DNA of 64,000 bases from Lingula anatina (GCA_051362555.1 CM120643.1:26354848-26418847); one strand, 5' to 3'; shown: positions 48,145 to 60,379, counted from the first letter of the stretch. Notes: generated by a model not told the origin, from the sequence alone. Translations and numbers: made by a program.

Positions 48145-48698
48145 AACTTTGGTTTGATTTCACAGCAAAGTTAAAGCTGGTTTTAGTTTTACTTTGGTTT
48201 TAGAGTATTGTTATTGCCATTGCTTAGACCTGAGTAAAACCAAAACCAGGTTTAAACCTGACTGTGAAGGAGTATTGAATAGTATATTACTTATGCAAAT
48301 AACAAAAAAGAGAACAATTTTACCAAATATCTCATTTTTATTATCACAATGCACTTGAACATATCTAGGAAATGTTTAAAACATTGCATTTTAAAACATG
48401 GATCAGTGAAATATCGTAAGGTACCTTGGAAAGATATTTCCAAGGCAACGTCATTGATTATGCAAAATAACATTGTGAAACTTCAATCTGGTAGGCCTAC
48501 TACTAATATTTTCTGCCGTCTGGATCCAATATTTTGTTTCTCTCTCTATCCTCACTGTACAGTTTACACCTATAAAACAAGTAAAAAATAGTCATGAAAA
48601 TAATTATTAAAGTCATCATCAACACATCTATAACAGTGATTAATTTACATACATACATATTAGACTGATGACAAAACAGAAAACTGACATGCCTAGTC

Positions 48699-48748
<50 letters not shown>

Positions 48749-49120
48749 TGACACAATACTTCACAAATACAGCATATATGTAGTACAAAAAAGAAAACTA
48801 CAGTCACTCCCACTTTCACACTTAAGAGAAAATATACTATGTTATATTAATTAAATTTTTTATGGTACGTTAAACATTCAGGTTGATAAGGAATTGATAA
48901 CATTTGAAGTGTACCAGAGTGACTTATCTATTTTTATCACAATTTTTTAATTTTTATTTAAATAAAGGCTCCTGCACACACTCACACATACCCAACCTCA
49001 CACACACTAGCACGCACACCCTATTTATATACAAACAAATATATACAGATTTATATACATGTATAATTAGAAGTAAACTAATAAGTAATAAAAAGTAAAA
49101 AAGACAAACTGAAACAATAA

Positions 49121-52100
49121 CTATATGTTTTGATTTGCTATACTCATTAAAGTAGATTTAAGTTCCGGTTTAAGTAGCAATCTAGAATTTAATTTAGTAC
49201 TTTTGAAAATAAAAAATTTAGAATGAAGAATTACAAGGTTTTTAACTTTATCGCTACTTCCAAAAATGAGATCAGATGGCAGTATTTTGAAGACATTTCC
49301 TGTAATTTGGCTTAACCATAGTTCAACCTCTGTCCAGAAGAGCTTCACTAATTCACAGTCCATAAATAGATGCTTTATCGTTTCAGCCTGTTTGTTGCAC
49401 AAACTACAAAGAGGATTCTCGATCATATGGTATTTAAACAGCAACTCTTTGGTACCCAAAATTCTGTGGATTATTCTGAAATTAAACCATTTCAATCTTA
49501 TTTCTTTAACTTTAACCAGGGCATTGGTATATGTTAGTTGCCAGTCTATTTTGATACCTAACTCTTGTTCCCATTTTTCTTCACATTTTGGTCTCTGACC
49601 GAGACTTTTTATGCAAATGTCATATATGCTTCTACATCCTTTTTTATCGTTACATAATGTTTTAACTGGGTTAGAGATCTGCGGTAATGGCAACATAACG
49701 TTAGCATTCAGAAGTCTAAGCACAGGGTAGGCACCAAAGGTTGCTTGCCTTAATCCATAATACAGAGTAAAAGGAATCTGAATTTCAAACTCTTCTACAA
49801 AATAGTCAAATGATAGGAATTTCCCTTCGCTGTTAAATAAATCTTGGATAATATGGAAACCTTTGTCATACAAATTCTTATAAAAAATTCTTCTGCCATC
49901 TGATAATACAGCAGGATTATACCAGATTGGAGTTCTGAGAATGACATCGAGACTATTACTTGCCATTTTTTCTGAATATTCTGAAAAGTATATTAAGATT
50001 TCTCTCCAAAAAGAATTGCGAATTTTAGATATTTCCTTTGCATAAGTTGGTCCAAACTGAGTCAATCTCTGAACATCCGATCCAGTGGCTTCAGCAAAAA
50101 GTTTATTTGTTATTTTATCAGAGGTTATCAATCTGCGAATCCAGGAAATTTTTAGTGCCCTCACAAAGGATTCTAAATGTATCATACGGCAACCTCCCTG
50201 TTTATAGTCCTGAATAAGTGTTTTACGGGCAACTTTTTCTGTTTTACCGTGCCAAATAAATTTGAATAGCATATTTTGTAAATTTTGCAGCCACTCTTTG
50301 GTAGGGCTCGGAAGAGAGAGCAGTAGGTGTGTTATTTTTGAAATAATTAAAGACTTCACTACAGTAATCTTACCTAAAGTAGTAATATTTCTTTTTCCCC
50401 ACCGATACATTTCTAATTCTATTTGCTGAAGCTTGCTGGTATAATTCAACTCATTCATTTGTTCTAAATCAGCTGTGAAAACTATACCTAATATATTAAA
50501 AGGGTTGTTAGTCCATTTAAGATTGTTATCTTTACAGATAATTTCTCTACTGTTGGCCTTTGAACCAATCCATATGGCTTTAGTCTTACTAATATTGGGC
50601 TTAAGCCCTGAGTACTTGGAAAACTGAAACAGTAAGTCGAGTGCACTCTTTAAACTTTTCTCTGAGCCATCTAAAAAAAGCACTGTGTCATCTGCGTACT
50701 GAGATAGTTTTACTTCCACCCTCCCCAAGTTTATTCCTGTTATGTTATTGTTTTGTCTTATAAGAATAGCTAGGATCTCAACACATAAATTAAAAATGTA
50801 GGGTGATACAGGGTCTCCCTGTCTGCAGCCTCTGCCAATTTTAAAGAAATTAGAGAAAATACCATTTTGTATTACACATAATTCAGGATCATTATATAGA
50901 ACATTTATCCATTTTTTAAAGTCATCACCAAAATTAAAAAACGAGAGAGTTTTTTTCATAAAATCCCAAGATATGCTATCAAATGCTTTAAGGAAATCTA
51001 CTGAGAGTATCATTCCTGGGATTTTTTTATCTTTTGTAATTTGCAAAACATCATAAACAATTCTAGTATTCTCACCAATGAACCGTCCTTTCAAAAATCC
51101 CGTTTGATTTTCATGTATAAGCAAATGTAAAACTTTTTTTAATCTATTTGAAATACAAGCAGAGAGGATTTTATATGAGATGTTTAAGAGAGATATCGGC
51201 CTCCAATTTTCTAAAAATTCCCGTGGTTTATCCCCTTTGGGTAAAATTGAAATAACCCCTTGTTTCTGGGTAATGGACAAGTGACCTTTAGCAAACCCCT
51301 TATTATATGATCTCACAAGAAACGTTCCTATATCATTCCAGAAAAATTTAAAAAATTCGACAGAAAAACCGTCGGGGCCAGGTGATTTGTTGTTCTTCAT
51401 ACTTTTTAAGGCTATTAGAGCTTCCTGATAAGTAATTGTTCCCTCTAATTGCCTAGCCGTATTGTCATCTAATATGTTTATTTTGTCTTTATCGATTATA
51501 TTATTCCAATCAAAAATTTCAGAGTAGTTATCTTGTTTCGAGTAAAGATGGTTATAGAAATCTCTGATTTCTTTCAAAATTTCTGCTTGATCGGTAATAA
51601 TACGGCCTGGCTCCCTTATAATTTTCTTTACAGTTTTATTTACAAAATTTCTTTTTTCCAGGGATAAAAAATATTTAGTTGGTTTTTCCCCTTCCTCTGA
51701 CCATTTTACTTTGGTTCTTATATAGACCCCTCTAATATGTTCATGTCTCATTTCTTCTTCCTCTAGTTTCAGAGTCTGGAGCTGGTTTTCTAAATTCGAT
51801 GTGGGGTTATCTGTATACATGGAATATAATTTCTTAATTTTTTCAGCCAGGGTCTTCATTCTTATATTTTTCTCCTTTTTCTTTGCTGAACTATAGGCAA
51901 TGGTATAGCCTCTAACCTGTAATAATATCTGTTCAAAAAATGCTTGCTCATCCACAAGAAAGTCCAGATCATTGTCACTAATTTTACATAACTCTGCTTT
52001 GTTATATGGACTGGCACAATATTGATATTTTAGATCCTCTATTATTTTCTTTACTCCTCTTATATACTCAAAATCTTTTAGAAGGCTGTTATTCATTTTC

Positions 52101-52843
52101 CAGAAACCTTTCCCTTTTTTCTGCTCAGAGAGAGTAAGTTTCAGGTGTATCATTGCGTGGTCTGTTCGGTATCCATAAGTTATCTCAGTTTGATCAACAA
52201 GATTCATGAGTTCGTTAGAAATAAGGAAAAAGTCAAGCCTAGCTCTTTTTACAGGGTTATTAGAGGACCAAGTGAATTGTTTCCTCTGTTCATGTTGAGC
52301 TCTCCATGGGTCTATCAAATTGAATTTAGTTTTCAGCCGTAAGAGAGCATCTCTTGCTTGGGGATTATTAACACGTCTGTAATTATAATAATCTAAATCA
52401 CTATCTTGAACTAGGTTAAAGTCCCCCATCATTATCACAAAGTGACCCTCAAAATCTTCTATGATATTTCCGAGGTGAACAAAAAATTCCGGGTCATCTT
52501 TGTTTGGTCCATACAAATTAATAAGTAAAACAGAGTAATTATTTTCAACTTCAATTTCGATAATCAAATAATTTCCATCTTTTCCGAACAACGTTCTCAT
52601 TATTTTAAATTCAAAGTTATTGTTGAAAAGGATTGCGGTACCTCTTGAATTTGATTTGCCAGGGCTCAGAAGGGTTTTATATCCCCACAAGGAATGTACT
52701 TTTGATCTGTCCCTCTCTGTAAAGTGGGTATCTTGGATACAATATATTGAGTATTTCTGTTGTTTCAAATAGTTCAGGACGTCTCTTCTCTTTTGAGTAC
52801 CTCCAAGACCCCTACAATTCAAACTAACGATATGCAAACTCAT
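49121..52843 (-). CDS. LINE ORF2p: AP endonuclease, reverse transcriptase, C-terminal zinc finger (1240 aa)
   Basis: SLNCRGL, GDFN, RLDFFL, TDH; KSPGPDG, WRPISLLN, DFLKAFD, GCRQGDPVSP, YADD; CSLC...ETIKHLFMDC. Confidence 0.96.
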   Translation of the reverse strand: MSLHIVSLNCRGLGGTQKRRDVLNYLKQQKYSIYCIQDTHFTERDRSKVHSLWGYKTLLSPGKSNSRGTAILFNNNFEFKIMRTLFGKDGNYLIIEIEVENNYSVLLINLYGPNKDDPEFFVHLGNIIEDFEGHFVIMMGDFNLVQDSDLDYYNYRRVNNPQARDALLRLKTKFNLIDPWRAQHEQRKQFTWSSNNPVKRARLDFFLISNELMNLVDQTEITYGYRTDHAMIHLKLTLSEQKKGKGFWKMNNSLLKDFEYIRGVKKIIEDLKYQYCASPYNKAELCKISDNDLDFLVDEQAFFEQILLQVRGYTIAYSSAKKKEKNIRMKTLAEKIKKLYSMYTDNPTSNLENQLQTLKLEEEEMRHEHIRGVYIRTKVKWSEEGEKPTKYFLSLEKRNFVNKTVKKIIREPGRIITDQAEILKEIRDFYNHLYSKQDNYSEIFDWNNIIDKDKINILDDNTARQLEGTITYQEALIALKSMKNNKSPGPDGFSVEFFKFFWNDIGTFLVRSYNKGFAKGHLSITQKQGVISILPKGDKPREFLENWRPISLLNISYKILSACISNRLKKVLHLLIHENQTGFLKGRFIGENTRIVYDVLQITKDKKIPGMILSVDFLKAFDSISWDFMKKTLSFFNFGDDFKKWINVLYNDPELCVIQNGIFSNFFKIGRGCRQGDPVSPYIFNLCVEILAILIRQNNNITGINLGRVEVKLSQYADDTVLFLDGSEKSLKSALDLLFQFSKYSGLKPNISKTKAIWIGSKANSREIICKDNNLKWTNNPFNILGIVFTADLEQMNELNYTSKLQQIELEMYRWGKRNITTLGKITVVKSLIISKITHLLLSLPSPTKEWLQNLQNMLFKFIWHGKTEKVARKTLIQDYKQGGCRMIHLESFVRALKISWIRRLITSDKITNKLFAEATGSDVQRLTQFGPTYAKEISKIRNSFWREILIYFSEYSEKMASNSLDVILRTPIWYNPAVLSDGRRIFYKNLYDKGFHIIQDLFNSEGKFLSFDYFVEEFEIQIPFTLYYGLRQATFGAYPVLRLLNANVMLPLPQISNPVKTLCNDKKGCRSIYDICIKSLGQRPKCEEKWEQELGIKIDWQLTYTNALVKVKEIRLKWFNFRIIHRILGTKELLFKYHMIENPLCSLCNKQAETIKHLFMDCELVKLFWTEVELWLSQITGNVFKILPSDLIFGSSDKVKNLVILHSKFFIFKSTKLNSRLLLKPELKSTLMSIANQNI

Positions 52844-53722
52844 AGATTAAATAACATTTTTGTGAATTATAATACTTTCAAGTAATCCAGTACGCAGATG
52901 ACATCCATAGATTGTGTATATCTATGGAATATATGGCTCATTATATCGGTGTAAAATATTTTGTAGAGTAAGCAAGTCCACATCACAGTTATACATGCAG
53001 ATATCATGATAATATATTCATTCATATCTGGTGTAGTGCTCCAATTATGCATCACTTCACAAACATACAACCCCATACATACATTAACCCACATGTCATT
53101 TGACCCTAAACATTGCTTGATCAGGATGCTCTCACCTATGAGGTTTGCATACATCACACATTCATACACATGACACACACTCACATAGACAAAAATTTTG
53201 TTCGTAAAACAAAAAACAAAGTAAGATAACATAAATACAATCATCCCACACATTTCGAGTATCAGTACTTGCAGCATGTTCTGAAAATTGAGGTACCTAA
53301 TGATCCCACAGAATATCAAGTTGTAACATTGATAATATTTTGCATAATGTTAAGGATGAGCACCAATTCAAAAAATATTTTTACAACATTAATATTTGAA
53401 TGTTAGGGATCAGCACTCACCTTATCTTTATTGGTCTATGTAAAGGATATTCTGTACATACCAGTGAAAGCATTATGTGGGTTATTCTCCTTCCCAAAAA
53501 CAAGGTTTATTGGAAGATAAGAAGAACCTTATGATTATTTCTCTATTAATCGTAAAGCATGAGAAGTAGTAACAATTGGGATCTACATGTGTACCTAGAA
53601 AATATGGAAGAAGAAAGTTTATAAACATAAAGTGATAAAGATAACCAAGCAATTACATTGCATTATATCTAGGCACTCTAGGCTTTACATGTTAGAAAAC
53701 AAAACATTAGTCATTTTTTCTC

Positions 53723-54643
53723 CTAATTGGACCTTTTCTTTTGTTTCAGTTTCTCCTCCAAATTATCACATATGTCTACCTTTATTCTGTTTCCATTTTT
53801 TAACTGGCAGTATACATTGCAGTTAAAGAACCATGCACTTTCAACGTGCTCATGTTGTTTTAGTTTGTTCAAGAGAGTTAAGTTTTTTAATGTTATGTCA
53901 TCATACAGACGTGCACCAGATTTCAGTTCTCTCTTTTTCCGCATGATTGTTCTCTTGATATCTGTGTTTCTAAGTTTTATGATCACTGGTCTTGGGGATC
54001 CTTGTTTACCGGGTATGCGATGTATTGCCTGGATATCAGTAGGCTCAATATTCAGTTTGGCTTCTTTTTGCAGCATATCAATAAAGATTTCTCTCAGGTT
54101 TTCCTCCTTTTTTTCTATTATGTTCAAGGCCCTTATATTAGTTTTCCTTGAGTACTGTTCATTATGATTGCAAGAGCGCATGGTTTCTTTACTGTAGTAA
54201 TCATTTTGTTTTAGCAGTTCATTCATTTTTTTCATTTCTTGGTCTTTCTTTCTCATGACTTCTTTCAACTGCTCATTTTCCATCTGAAGACTATCCACCT
54301 GATCTTGCAGTTTTGCAGCACGGGTCTCAGATTCCATTTTTAGACAGTCGAATTTCTGCATAAATTTTGCATCCATTTCTGATACCATGTTATTAAGAAG
54401 TCTTTCAACCACCCTTGTTACTGTAATTTCCAAATCCTCTTTTCTAATAGTTTCTTTAATCTCATTTTTTATTTCAGACAGCTCATGCATGAGCATTTGT
54501 AATTCTTCTGCACTGGAGTTTGCCACCTCCGAATGAGGTCTTTTAGGTGCTGAAGTTATTGTTTGTGTTTTGCTCTTTGTATTGTTGCTTGTGAGAAACC
54601 TGGACATGGTCCTGTCATCAGCCCTGGTAGGTTTCTGGGCCAT
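53723..54643 (-). CDS. LINE ORF1p (coiled coil + L1-type RRM/CTD), 306 aa
   Basis: First ATG MAQKPTRADD; heptad region; EQYSRKTNIR, AIHRIPG...PRPVIIKL, LYDDIT motifs. Confidence 0.9.
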   Translation of the reverse strand: MAQKPTRADDRTMSRFLTSNNTKSKTQTITSAPKRPHSEVANSSAEELQMLMHELSEIKNEIKETIRKEDLEITVTRVVERLLNNMVSEMDAKFMQKFDCLKMESETRAAKLQDQVDSLQMENEQLKEVMRKKDQEMKKMNELLKQNDYYSKETMRSCNHNEQYSRKTNIRALNIIEKKEENLREIFIDMLQKEAKLNIEPTDIQAIHRIPGKQGSPRPVIIKLRNTDIKRTIMRKKRELKSGARLYDDITLKNLTLLNKLKQHEHVESAWFFNCNVYCQLKNGNRIKVDICDNLEEKLKQKKRSN

Positions 54644-55333
54644 GATAGCTTTGTAATCAGTAGGAGCTAGTGAGATGTCACAATAGTGCACAGTGTATAG
54701 AAAGGCCCATTACCTATATGACTGTTACAGCTTCAGGGGGCCAATTATGTCTTTGACAATGACTATTGCTGAGTAGCACTCTTTTATATAGCTACACTAG
54801 AGAACTGCTCAACCACCTAATTTCATGCATATACTTGCGTAAGTCCAAGCCTCCAGATTTAAAGTTCTTAGAAAATGTCACTTGCCTTTCATGATCTATA
54901 CCAGTGATGCCTACCACTACTTTCCAGAAACATTCATGAACATGTCTGCAAGACCTTAAATCTCAGGCATCTACATTTCTCACAATATTAGACACCAATG
55001 TGAGAGACTCTTTTCTTTTGCATGTCAGGTGTTACCTCGACCTTGACCTCCTCCGCCTAGTCATATTTTTAACCGAAATCTACCTGGATACACAACAGAA
55101 ATATAATGAAGAAGAAACAAATGATACATGTAGATTCACTGATATTGACAGTGAGCTTGTACTAATTACCTGTACAGTGCACTAGCCCACCTCGGAGATT
55201 GTATCAGATAATTGCCTGAACCAGGTGACAAATTTATCTCCCCAATAAATGACTCAGGTGAACATAATTACATAATGACCACATTAGGGTTTTGTATTTG
55301 GTCTTGTATTTAAGGAAATATCGTGTAACATAC

Positions 55334-55448
55334 CTTTTTATTAGCTCTTCTTTTTTGTTTGCTGTGTGGGCATCCTACATTTTAACCAACTTTTCAACTC
55401 CGGCACCTTTGTCGCCTCAAATGGCTTGTTTAATATCGCCCCCGGCAT
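55334..55448 (-). pseudogene. SAP-like first-exon relic of the second (YqaJ-type) gene of the ISL2EU-like element
   Basis: MPGAILNKPFEATKVPELKSWLKCR...(frameshift)KKEELIKR then GTATGT donor, just inside the right TIR. Confidence 0.5.
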
Positions 55449-58361
55449 GTCTTATGCTTCCATCATGTGTTCCTATCGCTGTCAACAACGCTTCCGGTAC
55501 TATTTTGACCCCTGCAGTGCACAATTCCGGTCATGCGCACATCGCACCTTTCGAATAATGCAAGTCGTATATGGGGTTAAAACACACATGTTGAGATTTC
55601 CCTGTTAACTTCCGTAGGTTAAGCTCTCTGCCAGATAACAGTCCAGAATAAGGAAGCAGTGATAATTATGTACATAAATGTTGTTTAATATTGCAAATAA
55701 GTTTTCAAAAAAATTATTTTGTGTAATGCCAACATTAATGCTATAGATGAATAACAGTGCCTTATAATTCTCAAACTCAAAGGGGTTATTCATATCATGT
55801 TAATACAGTAAGATTAAAAGTTTGATTAGCAGCTTTATTGGAATATTTTTGTTCTTTTCTTTTTAATTTTCTTTTCAAACACTGGCATTTTCAAGGTGTG
55901 ACTTTTAACTCCCATCCACTTAAAGCTCTGCACATTTTCTGTTTTTCCACATAAGCAATTGTATTGGTATTAATGTCTTTTAAACATTATGTAATATTGT
56001 TTTATGAATTGTCATCATTTTTTCAAATATTGGAATTTTCATTATGTGAATTTGAAGTCTCATGGTCTTGAAAATGTAATCTTCTTGCACGGGCAGATTG
56101 AGACCGTCTTTCAGAAGACCGTCAGATTTTAACGTTTTCATTGACAGGTATCTTTTTTTTTTTCTGTTGGAGGACCATCAAAAATGGAGGATGGATCAAC
56201 AAAGATAATTTGTAATAATGTCAGAAAATATCTCTGGATCTGCTCCTTTTATTGACGATGTTACCTGTTGTGCATGATTAAAATTCAGTGTTGATTAACT
56301 GTGCTATTATAAGCATTACAGTAAAAACTTGAAAATTCCGTCGCTTAAAATTAATGAATATTTTTAATTGCGTAAATCCGACAAATTTTTCAAAATTATG
56401 TCTCCCTTACTCCTGGGTATGATGAAATTTTCAAAACTCCGACCTTCGGGCTTTTATCCTTATCGGGTTTTATTTTGTCCCTCATATATTGTAGGATATT
56501 TATCACTACTTCCTGAGTCATTTTCTGGTGGTGAATAATAATCTATTTATAAGTGTATCTCAATTAAGTTATTTTAACTTACCAGAAGTTGAGAACTGTC
56601 TTTTCGGTAAGAAACATACCTCCTGGTAGAGGGGAGTTCCTCAGTGGCTGAATATGGCTGAAACAAGGAAAGTAGATGTACTCTTTACAGTTTTATTTTA
56701 CAATTCTACAAGAAGTAAGAGCTAGCTAGCACTGTTGTGGCTGCTTATGGATTTTTTAGAAGTAACTAGTATCAAAATACAAACAATTTTAACTCTTAGT
56801 GTAAACACCCTTTCACCTTGCATAGATTTTGTTTGTATATAAATCAAATTTGCAAATTTTGTAATAGGATTTAAAGTCATAATAACTCTTCGTTTTGGCC
56901 AAAATTTGGATTATCCTGGAGTAAACGGCAATTTTCCCATACTTACCAATGGTCAACGACCCCATTCCTGCATTCAAAGTTAGTCTAGGGTATTTTCCTA
57001 AATGCTTGGTTTTTTGTTAAAATCTCTTAAGAGATTTTAACTGACGGGGCCCTCTCTGACAGTGCATAGTCACGCGATATCGAGCGGGGTTTTCTGGTGA
57101 CCTACTTAAAACCGCAGGAAAAGCAGACAACAACAACACTTTATTACAATAAAATAAGATTCATACAATATAATGGTCTAATTGCTCAAAATGCATTTAT
57201 ATCTACAATGTGTGCAGTTCTGGGCATTTTGTTATCCGACACACTGTACAAAAACTCGCAACTTACGTCTGAGCATCATGCGCCTGCTATATCTTATCCC
57301 GCAAAATGTTATTTGGTCTCGAATGAACGTGAGAATCCGCGTGACACGCCAAAGTCCTTGGCAACGGATGTCTTGACGACCGGGAAGAAAGGCACTGAAA
57401 GCCCTATTGACAAGCACAGATTTTAGTTTTACTACAATAACAGCCGTTTTAGTGGTGAAATGCAATATAATATATTTCCATGCGTTGTTTAGAATGTATT
57501 TCTTGCGGAATTTTGAATCTCAAAGGAAGAGTTATTATTGCTTCACTTTGTTTCACTTTGGTTAAATGATACAAAAAGATGTTTGTGTGTAAAGCTATGA
57601 CAGCTCGCTTATTTGAATCTGCGTGCTATTACACTGATTGTGTTTTATTAGTTTTCTAGATGGGTAATTATATTTTGTTTGTAGTTCAAGCTTAATTTTC
57701 AACATTTTTTATTCTGGTAGAGGTTTTATATAACAGCTAGTGAGTGTTTTAATTATTCATTCATTTATTTACAGTTAGACCTAGGCTGTTTGAAGTGCAT
57801 ACCTGAACATTTTTTCTCACTCATTAGAGCACAACTTCCAAGTATTATATACTAAAACTTGCATGAACAGTTCAACAGGTCATCATGACACTCCCACCCC
57901 ACTCCCCACAGCTCCCTGCCCCCTTCCTACCCCAAGTCTCACAGTTTACTGCAAACTGCCATTCATTATCAGGGTGCTGCTGCTGTTCCCAGTTCTAGGC
58001 ATTCTGGTAGAAGGAGCCTGTTACCAGCAATCTCACAAACTCCAGATGTTACTGGTAATGGCAGAAGCATACTGAGATGATAGATCAGGTATTAGTTAGC
58101 TTTGCAACCCAAGGTGTCACTGGAAATGGCAGAAAAGAGATTAGTTACTAAACCCTGAAAATCAGGGTGGCTTCCTACAAGTACAAATAGTACTGATACA
58201 CAAATAGGCAACCAACTCCCTAATTATTAGTACAGATTTGTACTCAGGGAGATACACCTTGAGTTCCAAGGCTAACACACCCCAGGTTTGCTTATGCTGA
58301 GTGTAGGGTGATGTGCACTATGCTTTGATAATTATGACAAATTTTTCCCTTGTGTTTCCAG

Positions 58362-58428
58362 CACAAGAAGCTACCTGAAGGAGCATTAGGAGATGAGTGG
58401 AAATTTGCAGGGAATGTCGCAGAGGACA
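58362..58428 (+). CDS. PLCG1: PLC-gamma exon 15
   Basis: HKKLPEGALGDEWKFAGNVAED continues ILK|HKKL. Confidence 0.93.
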
Positions 58429-58791
58429 GTAAGTTGACTCTGCACAGTATGGCAAGCCGTTTAACTTTCTCAGTTTTCTGTTTTGCTTATTAATTTCTCT
58501 GCACTGCACTATGATTGTTAAAACATTTTATAACAGCAAGGTCTTCCACAGGAAGGTTAATGATAATTTTTTGATTGTTTTAATGATAAAAACCATAAAA
58601 ACAGAAATGCTACTGTATTTTTTTGGTGTAATTTTAAATCCATATTGAATGCGTCTACAGTTTTTAAACAATAACAAATTAACAGTTAAACAGTGAGATA
58701 TTCTGCAAAATGTGTGTTTTCAATCCATCTAGGCAAAATGACCGATATGTACATACCTTAATATAATATATATATATATATATAAATCCAG

Positions 58792-58862
58792 GTATGACAG
58801 AAGCAGATCTCAGCAGCTCTGTGAAGAATGGCATGTTATGGCTGGAGGACCCTGTGGACAAT
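58792..58862 (+). CDS. PLCG1: PLC-gamma exon 16 (split PH N-half)
   Basis: SMTEADLSSSVKNGMLWLEDPVDN. Confidence 0.93.
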
Positions 58863-59277
58863 GTAAGTGATATATAAATATTGTACCACCAGTGTATGGG
58901 CCAGAGGTACCTTGGAGTTAGCCTAATGTAAGTGATGTATGGGTATTGTACTGTAAGTGTATGGGCCAGAGGTACCTTGGGTTTGTCTAGGAACAGTAGC
59001 ATTTGTTCACAACAGTAAACATCCTCTGGATACAAAAACACGTTACTGCTACTGTAACTCTACATTCCCTTGTGAGATAGTAATGTTTTGCATATGGTTC
59101 CAAATTGAACCTGCCAGAATTTGGAGTCACTGAGTGAATTTTCAAGGGTGTTACATATTGTACCAGTCTAAACTTAAAGTAATATTGTGCCCATTTTAGA
59201 TAGTGAAGTAAAATGACTGAAAGTCCAGGTCATGGAGTGACTCTTTAACTGGGTGTTATATTCCATCTGTTATATAG

Positions 59278-59397
59278 GAGTGGTATCCACATTACTTTGT
59301 CCTGACTGCTACACGCCTTCACTACACAGAGGAAACCAGTGTACAGCAGGCGGATGATGAGGAGGAAGAGGTCCCTGACATGAATGGCCATGTTGAG
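59278..59397 (+). CDS. PLCG1: PLC-gamma exon 17 (split PH N-half)
   Basis: EWYPHYFVLTATRLHYTEETSVQQADDEEEE...HVE; 120 nt, phase 0-0. Confidence 0.95.
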
Positions 59398-60367
59398 GTG
59401 AGATTAACGCTACTTCTCTCCTACCATCCCTACTCAGGTTTTTTACTCCCTTTATAATTGATTACTTGTGGATAGACAATATTGATGTAAGAGATTCATT
59501 TGTATGAACAAAGTATTTCTTTATTTCATTTTTATTTATTTATTAAAGTGCTTGTACATTTGCTATGACTTGACCCAACAAATATTATGTACATGTATAA
59601 CAAAAACAGATTATGAATTTATATATTATAATGAAAAAAATGATGTGGCAAACTTGGAATTAAATTTTGATGGTTTATTGAATTATTTTTTTGGGAATGC
59701 AGACTCTTAAATACTGATATTGTTGATAAACTGAACATAACATTTTTGTGTTAAGATGATTACCGATCTTAGATTCAATGTTATACTTTGTTTGGTGTTT
59801 TGCCTTGCCTTAAAGGGTTAGTTTCTGGGTATGTGGGAGACAATTTTGGGCATGTTGTGGTTGAAAATTAATCACAAGGGATATGGTTTTCAGCTTTACA
59901 TGTTTGGTAAATTATAGTACAAGATTCTGAATTCATACTAGCAGATAATTTGTTTGTCATTGAATAGAGATTATTCATTTTTGCAAAGGGGGAAAGGCCA
60001 AAGTTTATTTTGCTGAATATTTTAACTGTTTATATGGAGCAAAAATAATACTAGCCAAAGCTTTGTTGGGTTGATTATAGATAATTTATAAAATGTTCTC
60101 CAAATCAGTATGGTAAAAGCTTTATTTTTTTCTTATTTCATTGAACCATTATAATTGTAAAGCATCATTACCGTAAGTCAGAAATACAGATTCTGCAAGT
60201 GTGAGTTCAGAATTGTTTTATTTGTCAAACAAAATTGTGTTTTGTGTTCAAAAATGAGATAATACTATAATCGTTTTCCAATGTGCTAATATTTTTCTCT
60301 GTTTTTCTCTTTCTGTGGTTATGGAATACATTGTATTGCCTTTTCTATTTCATGGTTTATGTTTTAG

Positions 60368-60379
60368 CCCAGGGAGGAG
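60368..60379 (+). CDS. PLCG1: Candidate 12-nt microexon (PREE)
   Basis: gttttag|CCCAGGGAGGAG|gtaact; long upstream pyrimidine tract; frame-preserving at phase 0. Confidence 0.6.

Larger units (their letters stand above)
48707..55054 (-). mobile_element. Full-length L1-clade (L1/Tx1) non-LTR retrotransposon, ~6.35 kb
   Basis: 16-bp TSD gcctagtcatattttt at 48691-48706 and 55055-55070; ~40-nt polyA directly after AATAAA; TTTT/AA target; two intact ORFs. Confidence 0.95.
47272..55570 (+). mobile_element. ISL2EU/Harbinger-like deletion derivative
   Basis: 19-bp TIRs atacgccttgcattattcg / cgaataatgcaagtcgtat (18/19); AT duplication; THAP relic at left end and convergent SAP-like relic at right end. 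Confidence 0.75.
46370..55576 (+). mobile_element. piggyBac-like non-autonomous element (own sequence 46370-47271 plus the last few bases), host of nested insertions
   Basis: TTAA at 46366-46369 and 55577-55580; CCCCATAG...TATGGGG ends; empty site visible in repeat copy A near 40890-40905; acidic N-terminal relic MATPHYG...FSSDSDIDSGDE at 46620. Confidence 0.75.

Noticed and set aside
52867-53319. 150-aa ORF in the LINE inter-ORF spacer as a third LINE gene
   Set aside because: TTG start and low-complexity TG-rich translation with no recognisable motif
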